Positions 21,562 to 30,096 of a stretch of 64,000 bases of DNA are shown one piece after another; the stretch's first letter is position 1, and every line of letters starts with the position of its first letter. Made by a program: the position numbers and the translations under genes. Source of the DNA: Spirochaetia bacterium (lineage in GTDB: Bacteria; Spirochaetota; Spirochaetia; SZUA-6; Bin103); the NCBI GenBank assembly GCA_965199955.1, contig CBDATQ010000001.1:2016001-2080000 (forward strand), written 5' to 3'. The notes under the pieces were generated by a model that saw only the letters and a list, made by a program, of their open reading frames with translations, was not told the DNA's origin and ran no database searches.

Positions 21562-22740
21562 CTACAGCTCGCAGCCGTTGGGCGGGTCCTGGACGTCGGC
21601 CACCATGTCCTGGACCACCGCCGCGACGCCGTCGCCTTGGGCCTGGACCTCGAAGATGTAGACGTTCTGGATCACGTTGTTGGTTGCCGGATCGATGCGG
21701 AACGGTCCGCGGGGGCCGTCGAAGCGGATGTCGCGCATCGCCGCGACCAGGGCCGCCCTGTCCTCGGTGTCGCCGCCGGTGGCCCTGAGGGCCTCGACGA
21801 TGAGTCGGGCGCTGTCGTAGGCGGCGACGCCGAACTCCGACCCGTCACGTCCGTGCGCGGCGCGGAACTTCTCCTGGAAGACGTGGTTCGCCGGCGTGTC
21901 GATCGACGGCACGTAGTTGAGGATCCCCAGGGTTCCCTCCGCGTCCATGCCCTGCGCGTTGACGTACAGCGCGGAGTTGAGCCAGCCGGCGCCGGCGAGC
22001 TGAATCTCGTCCTTCAGCCCGAAGGCCGCCCACTCCTTGACGAACTGGATCGCCGGGCCGCCCGCGAAGAACACGTACGCCGCATCCGGGTTCGCGGCCT
22101 TCACCTTCGCCAGGTAAGGGCCGAAGTCCTCGGTCTCGCCCAGCGGCGGATACTCCTCGCCGATGACGGTGCCTCCGGCGGCGACGAAGCCAGAGCGAAA
22201 CGCCTCCATGGCCTGGTGTCCCGCCGCGTAGTCGAACGCCATCAGGAACACGTTTCGGTAGCCCCGGGCAGCCATCCACGGCCCCATCTCGCGGCTGATC
22301 TGCGCGTTGGAGAATGAAGAGCGCAGGATCCACGGGCTGCAGAGCGGGCCGGTGAGGTCGTCGTTGCCGGCGTTGGTGACGATCAGCGGCACCTCGGCGT
22401 TGTGCACGAAGTCGCGCACGGCGCCGGCCACCGCGGAGGAGATGATGCCCACCACGATGTCCACCTCATCCCTGAGGACCAGTCTCTTGATCAGCGCCAG
22501 GCCGGTGCCCGGATTCGCTTCGCTGTCGGCATGGATCAGCTCTATGGGGCGACCGGCCACCTCGCGGCCGAACTCGTCGAAGCCCAGCTCCAGGGCCAGC
22601 GTCTGGTCGCCGCCGAGTCCGGCGCAGACCCCCGAGGAAGGCAGCAGCACGCCGATCCTGACCGGTTCGGCGCCGGCGCCGGCAGCGCACACGGTGAGAG
22701 CGGCGATCGCCGCCGCGACGGTCCTGATCACGCTTTTCAT
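21562..22740 (-). CDS. Liv-type ABC substrate-binding protein; substrate unknown
   Basis: Signal peptide, VRIGVLLPSSG, DYAAG, FDGPRG. Confidence 0.9.
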   Translation of the reverse strand: MKSVIRTVAAAIAALTVCAAGAGAEPVRIGVLLPSSGVCAGLGGDQTLALELGFDEFGREVAGRPIELIHADSEANPGTGLALIKRLVLRDEVDIVVGIISSAVAGAVRDFVHNAEVPLIVTNAGNDDLTGPLCSPWILRSSFSNAQISREMGPWMAARGYRNVFLMAFDYAAGHQAMEAFRSGFVAAGGTVIGEEYPPLGETEDFGPYLAKVKAANPDAAYVFFAGGPAIQFVKEWAAFGLKDEIQLAGAGWLNSALYVNAQGMDAEGTLGILNYVPSIDTPANHVFQEKFRAAHGRDGSEFGVAAYDSARLIVEALRATGGDTEDRAALVAAMRDIRFDGPRGPFRIDPATNNVIQNVYIFEVQAQGDGVAAVVQDMVADVQDPPNGCEL

Positions 22741-22897
22741 GGGGTGAATCCTAGTCGGGTCGGTTCAGGGATGTCCAGGATTCCGGGGACGGTACGGTAA
22801 CGCAGGGGAACGCCCAGTCCGAGTTGGCCGACCGTCCGGGGACAGGCTATCCTGGAACCGCCATGCGCCTCCGCGAACGCCCCCGCGCCGGGGCCGC

Positions 22898-25800
22898 ATG
22901 ATGCCCGGCGCCACGGAAGTCGTCGGGGTCGGCGGCTGTCTGACGACGCCGCTGACGGTGGCCGGCATCGACCATACGTCCGTGCGGGCGGCGGTCGCCC
23001 GCGCGTTCGCGGAGCAGCGGGCGTTTCCCTTCCTGCCGGACACGGAGTGGAGCGCCGCTGTCCCGGAGCAGCACGCGGAGCGGACGGCTGCCGTCCGCGC
23101 TGAGGCGGTTGCGGCGGCGACGAAGAGCCCCACGACCGCCGACCGATTCAACCGTGACGCGCGGCTGATCGAACGGCTGGATGCCGCCGTCCGCCTCACG
23201 CATGAAGCGATCGCCGCGATCGGCGGCGAGGGACGCCAGACGCTCGAACGGCGGCGATTCGTGCTGATCAGGGAAGCGCCGGAAGCCACCTGCCTCTACG
23301 AGGAAGGGGAGACCGGCGTCGTCGCGCGAGTCGGGCAGGGACCGCTGGAGCTGCGTCAGCCTACGATCTACCTGGGCCTGCGCCTGTTCGACCTGCTGGC
23401 CGCGGAGCAGGTAGATCGCGGCGGCACGGTGCCGGAAGCGCTGCTCTCCATCCTGCGGCTGGAAGAGCGTGCGATCGAGACCGGCTACTCGCACGTGGAG
23501 CCGCTGGACGCGCCCAGGCGCGAGGCCCTGGAACGCCTGTTCGGCGTCCTGCGCCAGCCGATCGCGGGACTGACGCCGGCCGAGCCCGAGCCGGAGCGGC
23601 AGCGGCGGCCGATGCGCTTCTCGCAGGCGCTCAGGCAGGCGACGCTGCGCCAGTTGAACGCACGGCGGGCCGACGCGCCGCTGGATTTCGACCCCGCCAT
23701 ATGCGTGTCCGCCATGCGCCGCCTGGAGCGCACCGCACAGCGCGCCAAGGCGTACGGCGGCGATTCGGTGCGCCGCGAGGTGATGCGGCTGCTGGTCGCC
23801 GCCTCCGGGCACGACCTGGACGAGGTGCGCAACCACGCCAACCTGCTGCTGGAGCGCATGCTCGCCCCCAAGGAATTCGCCGCTCCGCTTGCGCGGACGT
23901 TCCTGACCGCCATGCAGGGGACGGAGCACCACTTCAGCTTCGATCTCCCGCGCAGCCGCGGCCGGTACCGGCTCCGGATCTACCGGGGCCGCGGCCAACG
24001 GCGCTATCCGAGCGAGGCGGACCTGGACTACGTGGATGTCGATCTGGCCCGGTCGTCGCCGGGATCACCGCACACCGCCACCTGGCGATTCGACGAGCTC
24101 GGGCACTACGACTTCTGCGTGGCGAGGGAATTCGACAGCGGCCGCCGGGAGTGGGTTCAGGACGCCGAGTGCAGCGGGCGCATCAACGTGCTGCCCGACC
24201 TCCGCGGCGAGCTGGTGTTGCAGATCTTTCCCGACATCCACGGACACACCCGCGCCTACTGGGCTGACGTCGAGCATCCGGGACTGGTGTACAACGAGCA
24301 CGGGCAGGTGATCCGCCAGGGCACGTTCGCGGACATCGCCGCGCACCTCCCGGAGATCAAGCGCAAGTACGGGTTCACCGCCATCTACGTGCTGGGCGCG
24401 CAGAAACGCGGCAGCAACCGCGAGGACTGGACCGGCCACGCAACCTCGCCTTCGCCGTTCGCGCCGGAGAGCCTGACCGAGATGGAGCCGGCGCTCGGCG
24501 GGAACGACGGCCTGCGGACCCTGGTCGCCGCCGCCCACGAGCTTGAGATCAAGGTGCTGCTGGACGTGATCCCGCACCTCAACCGAAGGGTGCACGACGA
24601 CGTGCCGGATGAGGACGTCGTGCAGTGCTTCGACGACGACGGCACCCTGGTCGCGCGCTCCTCGACCGACGGCCGCTACGGGAGCTGGAACGACGGCGTG
24701 CTGCTCAACTACCGGCGCCTGTCGGTATGGGAGTGGCTGGTCGATTCGGTGCGCGCCCTGATCGACCGGTTCGACGTCGACGGGGTGCGCTGCGACATTT
24801 CGCACGCCCTGCCGATCATGATGAAGCGCAACAATGCCCCGGCGGTGCCGGCCGGCCCCCGTTCTGACGAGGAGCAGGTCGAGGGCACCATAGTGGTCAA
24901 CGAACGGGTCGACGACCACTATGTCACCACCGGGTTCTTCGACTCGGCGTGCCGGGACCTGATCGCCAGCCCCCTGCACTACCTGCTGATGCGCGAGATG
25001 GAGCAGGCCGCGCATGCGGCCGGCAAGCCCTTCTACGTCCACCTTGCCGAGGCGTACTGGGGACGTGAGCAGTACCTCAGCCGCGTCGGCATCGTTTCGT
25101 ACAACTCGGCGCTGTTCAAGATCTGCGAGCGCATCGCCCAGGGGACCTCCGCGGTCGGCGAGGTCTACCACCTGTACGACCAGCACTACCGCGGCGCACT
25201 GCCGCCCGGCACCGAGTTGATCGGATTGTTCGGCAACCATGACGAGCGCCGCCCGGTCAACACCTTCGGCCGCGACAACCTGCGGCCCGTGCTCACGCTT
25301 ACGTCGTTTCTGAGCAACGTGGTGATGGACTTCGAGGGCAACGCCGAGGGCGAGGCGTGGAAGGTGTTTCCGGACAACGTCTACGTCGACTGGAACCGGT
25401 TCGACAACGCCGCCGACCGCAGCGTCGAGCGCATCTTCCGCGACGTGTACGCCATCCACCGCCGCAACCCGGGCCGCGGGATGCTGGTGCCTACCGACCA
25501 TCCCCAGGTGGCCGCGGTGATCAAGCCCGCCCCCGAGGGACTCTGGCTGGCCGTGTGCAGCTTCTCGGCGGACAGCGCCACGGTGAGCGTCGACATGCGC
25601 GCCGCCGCCTCCTCGCTGGATGGCTCGATCGATCCCGCCGGGCGCTACGTGGTGGCGGATCCCACCTACTCGCCGGTCACCCGCCGCTACGCCCACTACA
25701 CGGGAGAGGAGTTGCGACACTCCACGCTGACCACCTCCGTGAGCTACCGGCAGCGGGTGAAGCTGCTGCGCATCGACCGGATCGCCGACGACGACCTGGG

Positions 25801-27799
25801 CGGCGGGACGGCCGAATCCGGGTATCCGCGTTTCCTGCGCGATTCGTTCGACCGCCTGCAGGACGCGCCGTCCCGCGAGCGGCTGGACCCCTCGTTCGCG
25901 TACCGGGAGATCACGCGCGCTGCGGCGACTCGTGGCGGTCTGGGACGGTTTCTGGACGAGAAGCTGCTGCCCCTCTACGAGGACGCCGAGCACGACGCCG
26001 TCGTCCTCGGCCTGAAGCGGGTGCTGTTTCACGCCTACCGGGAAGGCGGCCTGGGCCGCGGCGGCGAGGGAGCCAGGCTGCCCGCCCCCGGGAAAGGCCG
26101 CACGCGGCGCTCCCGGCTGCTGGCACGGGTGCTGGACGGACTGCGCAGCCGCCCGGTGGTGTTCGTGTCGGCGGAGGCGGAGCCGTTCTCCAAGAGCGGC
26201 GGACTGGCCAACGTGACCTGCGAGCTGCCGCGCGAGCTGGCCCGCCTGGGGGAGCGGCTGTACGTGATCACGCCGCTGTACCGCGCCGGCGAGCCGCGCG
26301 CGGTGGAGAAGATGCAGGCGGCGATCGACCGCTACGGCATCACCTACAGCGGCACGAACGTGAGCTTCCAGCTCGGCGACGAGCGCTACGAGGTGGGCGT
26401 GCACTCGGGCGAGGTCGACGGCGTGACCTACTACCTGCTCGACCACCACGAGCTGTTCGACGGGCTGTACTGGGGCTATCGCTCCAACGAGCGCATCCGC
26501 CGTCGCCTGGGCCTGGCGCGGGCGGCGGCAGAGGTGATCGTCAGCTTCGACCTCGATCCGCTGGTGGTCGCCACCAACGACGCGGCTGCCGGCCTGCTCA
26601 CCGGCATCGTCCGAGCCGATCCGCACTATGCAGAACCCTTTGCGCGCACCAGCTTCGTGCATGTCATCCACAACGGCGGCTGGCAGTACTTCGACTGCTA
26701 TGGCCGCTATGAGGACGGCACCGATCTGTTCGGGCTGTTCAACCTCCCCGGACACCACGTATCGCAGTTCACGGATCCGCGTGACGACGGCCTGTTCAAC
26801 CTGATGGCCGCCGGCATCCGCTTCGCGGACCGGGTGTTCACCGTGAGCCCCTCCTACGCGCGGCAGATCGAGCAGAACTGCGACGGGCTGGAGCCGTTGC
26901 TGGAGGACGTGATCGGCATCAACAACGGCATCGCCCGCGGGTTCCGGCGCGGCGTGCGGCAGCGCCTGTCGCGCTCCGGGCTGGAGGAGCACCAGTACCC
27001 GCGGCTGCGCGCGCGTATCGCCGAGGACCCGTTGCTGCGCGCCAAGCTCGAACGGCGGTTCCCGGAGCTGCTGGCCGACGACCCGGACGCCGTCCGCTTC
27101 CGCAGCCAGGCGCGGCGAGACGAGGTCACCCGCATGCGCACCAAGCTGCTGGCGCAGCTCGAGTACGGGCTCACGGTCGATCCGGACCAGGTGCTGTACG
27201 TGATGATCCATCGGGTCAGCGACCAGAAGGGGTTTCAGATCCTGCTGGAGGCTTCCGAGGGGATCTTCCGCAACCTCGGCGTGCAGGCGATCCTGGGAGG
27301 TCCCATCGCGCCCAACGACCACCGTGCCGAGGAACTCGCCGCCGGCATGCACGCCCTGATGGAGTTCTATCCGGGCGCGGTCGCCACGCGGATCGGCTAC
27401 CAGGAGATCAGCCTGCCGCTGCTGGCCGCCGACGCGTTCCTGATGCCGTCCCAGTTCGAGCCCGGCGGCATCTCCCAGCTCGAGGCGATGAGCTGCGGCT
27501 GCCTGGTGGTCGCGCACGCCACCGGTGGCCTGCGCGACACGGTGACCCCGCTGCAGCTTCGGGGCTCGACCGTGAGCGGGTATGGCGTGCTGTTCGGGGA
27601 CTACCAGGCCGACGCGTTCCTCGACGCGATGGCGCGCTGCACGTGGTTCTTCCGTCACGCCACGGCCGCGCAGATCCGCCGCGCGCGCAACAACGCGCGG
27701 CGCAACATCGTGTACTGGGACGGCGCCGCCCGCCGCTACCTGGAAGAGCTGCACGCCCTGCAGGAGACGATCCCGGCAGCGAATCTCCCGCCCCAATAA
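22898..27799 (+). CDS. 1633-aa fusion: unknown N-terminal region + GH13 alpha-amylase-family domain + GT5 glycogen synthase
   Basis: GH13 motifs LLDVIPH, DGVRCDISH, LAEAYWG, GNHDERR; GT5 motifs AEPFSKSGGLA, IHN, TVSPSYA, INNG, HRVSDQKG, MPSQFEPGGISQLEAM, TGGLRDTV; one uninterrupted ORF. Confidence 0.9.
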   Translation: MMPGATEVVGVGGCLTTPLTVAGIDHTSVRAAVARAFAEQRAFPFLPDTEWSAAVPEQHAERTAAVRAEAVAAATKSPTTADRFNRDARLIERLDAAVRLTHEAIAAIGGEGRQTLERRRFVLIREAPEATCLYEEGETGVVARVGQGPLELRQPTIYLGLRLFDLLAAEQVDRGGTVPEALLSILRLEERAIETGYSHVEPLDAPRREALERLFGVLRQPIAGLTPAEPEPERQRRPMRFSQALRQATLRQLNARRADAPLDFDPAICVSAMRRLERTAQRAKAYGGDSVRREVMRLLVAASGHDLDEVRNHANLLLERMLAPKEFAAPLARTFLTAMQGTEHHFSFDLPRSRGRYRLRIYRGRGQRRYPSEADLDYVDVDLARSSPGSPHTATWRFDELGHYDFCVAREFDSGRREWVQDAECSGRINVLPDLRGELVLQIFPDIHGHTRAYWADVEHPGLVYNEHGQVIRQGTFADIAAHLPEIKRKYGFTAIYVLGAQKRGSNREDWTGHATSPSPFAPESLTEMEPALGGNDGLRTLVAAAHELEIKVLLDVIPHLNRRVHDDVPDEDVVQCFDDDGTLVARSSTDGRYGSWNDGVLLNYRRLSVWEWLVDSVRALIDRFDVDGVRCDISHALPIMMKRNNAPAVPAGPRSDEEQVEGTIVVNERVDDHYVTTGFFDSACRDLIASPLHYLLMREMEQAAHAAGKPFYVHLAEAYWGREQYLSRVGIVSYNSALFKICERIAQGTSAVGEVYHLYDQHYRGALPPGTELIGLFGNHDERRPVNTFGRDNLRPVLTLTSFLSNVVMDFEGNAEGEAWKVFPDNVYVDWNRFDNAADRSVERIFRDVYAIHRRNPGRGMLVPTDHPQVAAVIKPAPEGLWLAVCSFSADSATVSVDMRAAASSLDGSIDPAGRYVVADPTYSPVTRRYAHYTGEELRHSTLTTSVSYRQRVKLLRIDRIADDDLGGGTAESGYPRFLRDSFDRLQDAPSRERLDPSFAYREITRAAATRGGLGRFLDEKLLPLYEDAEHDAVVLGLKRVLFHAYREGGLGRGGEGARLPAPGKGRTRRSRLLARVLDGLRSRPVVFVSAEAEPFSKSGGLANVTCELPRELARLGERLYVITPLYRAGEPRAVEKMQAAIDRYGITYSGTNVSFQLGDERYEVGVHSGEVDGVTYYLLDHHELFDGLYWGYRSNERIRRRLGLARAAAEVIVSFDLDPLVVATNDAAAGLLTGIVRADPHYAEPFARTSFVHVIHNGGWQYFDCYGRYEDGTDLFGLFNLPGHHVSQFTDPRDDGLFNLMAAGIRFADRVFTVSPSYARQIEQNCDGLEPLLEDVIGINNGIARGFRRGVRQRLSRSGLEEHQYPRLRARIAEDPLLRAKLERRFPELLADDPDAVRFRSQARRDEVTRMRTKLLAQLEYGLTVDPDQVLYVMIHRVSDQKGFQILLEASEGIFRNLGVQAILGGPIAPNDHRAEELAAGMHALMEFYPGAVATRIGYQEISLPLLAADAFLMPSQFEPGGISQLEAMSCGCLVVAHATGGLRDTVTPLQLRGSTVSGYGVLFGDYQADAFLDAMARCTWFFRHATAAQIRRARNNARRNIVYWDGAARRYLEELHALQETIPAANLPPQ

Positions 27800-27827
27800 C
27801 CGGAGCCCACGGGGCTCCGGTTATTGG
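27793..27827. terminator. 16-bp perfect stem, 3-nt loop, overlapping the fusion gene stop codon
   Basis: CCAATAACCGGAGCCC-ACG-GGGCTCCGGTTATTGG; lies between convergent genes; no long U tail. Confidence 0.6.
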
Positions 27828-27842
27828 CCCACCCCGCCTTTG

Positions 27843-27892
27843 GCAAGGATCTGGCGTACCGGCCGCGCGCGGCCGGTACGCCAGATCCTTGC
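27843..27892. repeat. Perfect 50-bp palindrome with no spacer
   Basis: GCAAGGATCTGGCGTACCGGCCGCGCGCGGCCGGTACGCCAGATCCTTGC equals its own reverse complement. Confidence 0.95.
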
Positions 27893-27928
27893 AGGTACTC
27901 AGCTCCTTTATATGATTATGTGCGCAAT

Positions 27929-29984
27929 CTACTCGCCGGACGCGGCCGCGAGGAGCACCAGGGAGCGGGGGGCCGCGTGGTAGACCTCCTGGGGAGTGAT
28001 CGGCAGCGCCTGGCCGAGATCGCAGATGTCGTGCGGCGACGGCAGCGCCGTGTCGATCGCCCGACGCCACGCGCCGCCGCAGCACGCGGCGGGGACGGCG
28101 AACTCGCACGGCTCCTCGGCGGCGTTCAGGATCAGGCAGAGGTCCAAGGCCTCGTCGTGCAGGCACACGGCAAGCCGGGGCTCCCCGCTGCTCCAGTCGG
28201 GATACGCACCGCGCGGGTCCAGCCAGCGTATCTCCGAGCCATCGTCTTCATAGAACGTGTCGCGGCGCAGCGCAGGGTGGCGGGCCCGCAGCGCGATCAC
28301 CTCGCGGCAGAAGCGGGCGAGCTCGGCGTTGCTCACGTGCAGGGTCCAGTCGTGCCAGGACACCTCGCTGTCCTGGCAATAGGCGTTGTTGTTGCCGCCC
28401 TGCGTGTGCGCCATCTCGTCGCCGCCCAGCAGCATCGGCGTGCCAAGCGACAGGAACAGGGTCGCCATCAGGTTCTTGCTCTGGCGCAGCCGCGTCGCGT
28501 GTATCTCGGGGTCGTCGGCGGGGCCCTCCACACCGTAGTTGGCGCTGAGGTTGTGGTCGCTGCCGTCGAGGTTGTCCTCGCCGTTCGCGGCGTTGTGCTT
28601 GGCGGCATAGCTGACCAGGTCCCGGAGGGTGAACCCGTCGTGCGATGTGACGAAGTTGATGCTGTGGACGGGCCGGCGGCCGTCGTCCCCGTACAGGTCG
28701 GCGCTTCCCGTCAGCCGCGTGGCGAGCGCCGCGGCAGAGCCGTCACCACGCCAGAAGCGGCGTACGTCGTCGCGGAAGCGGTCGTTCAGCTCCGCCCAGC
28801 GCTCGCCGGGAAACTGACCGACCTGGTAGGCCCCGGCGGCGTCCCACGCCTCGGCGATGATCTTGGTATCGCGCAGCACCGGGTCCTCGCCGATCCGCTC
28901 CAGGATCGGCGTGTTGGCGCTGAGGTTGCCGAACCGGTCGCGTCCGAGTACGGAGGCCAGGTCGAACCGGAAGCCGTCGACGTGCATCTCCACGGCCCAG
29001 TAGTGGAGGCAGTCGATGATCAGCTCGCGGACCACGGGATGGTTGCAGTTGAGGGTGTTATGGCAGCCGGTGAAGTCCAGGTAGCGGCTCGGATCGTCGG
29101 GGTCGAGCAGGTAATAGACGCTGTTGTCCAGTCCCCGGTAGGAGAAGGTGGGACCGTCCGCGCCCCGCTCCGGCGAGTGGTTGAACACCATGTCCAGGAT
29201 CACCTCGATGCCGGCGGCGTGCAGGGCCTTGACCATCTCCTTGAACTCGCTCACCTGGCTGCCCGGCTCCGTTCCCGCGGCGTAGCGGCGCTTGGGGGCG
29301 AACAGGCCGATCGGGTTGTAGGCCCAGTAGTTGACCAGCGGCTCACCCGAAGCCGATCCGGGGGCGTGCTCGTCCGACTCGGTCACCGGCAGCAGCTCGA
29401 CCGCGGTCACGCCCAGCTCGTTCAGATACGGGATGCGCTCGGCCAGGCCGCGGAACGTGCCGGGGTGCGCCACATCCGAAGAGGGGTGGACGGTGAATCC
29501 GCGCACGTGGGTTTCGTAGATCACCGTCCGCGCGGGCGGATGGCGTGGCGCACGGTCGTCGCCCCAGTCGAAGGCATCGTCCACCACCAGGCAGCGGGGG
29601 CCGTCGGCGGGCAGGTCCGTCGCGCGAAGGCGAGGCGGCAGGGCGCAGGTGAACGCCTTGGCGTACGGATCGAACAGCGGGGCGTGCGGGTCGAAGAGGT
29701 GACCGGCCGCGGGCGCAAGGGGACCTTCCACCCGGTACAGGTAGGCGTGGCCGGGGCCCACACCGTCCACGACCAGGTGCCAGATGTCCCCGGTGCGGTG
29801 CAGTGGAATCCGTGCGCTCGGTGCGGCGCTCCCGGCGTCGTCGAACAGCAGGAGGGTCACGGCCGTGGCATGCCGGCTGAACAGCGCGAACTGCGTGGCG
29901 CCGTCGAGCACGGGTCGCGCCCAGCGGCTCCGGCCGGCCGCGGCGGGTGTTGGACGGCCCGGGAGAGCGGTGCACCGTGGTCAA
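27929..29984 (-). CDS. glgX: Glycogen debranching enzyme (isoamylase type); apparent 1-nt frameshift near the 5' end
   Basis: IYETHVRGFT, NYWAY, DMVFNH, DGFRFDLA, AEAWD, TSHDGFTLRDL, GGNNNAYCQD; N-terminal GRPEPLGAT is in another frame (shift at 29912-29914). Confidence 0.92.
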
Positions 29985-30096
29985 TGAGTACCACCGGCAG
30001 GCCAGATGCGCCAGACGGTGGACGGCCGAGCGCGTTCCTGGCACTAATACGCACTCTGGATACGGTCTCGGAGCCGTTCCGCTGCGAGGGTCACGA

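Noticed and set aside
24065..27796. 1243-aa antisense ORF and many other long shadow ORFs
   Set aside because: Expected in high-GC DNA opposite or overlapping real genes; no motifs
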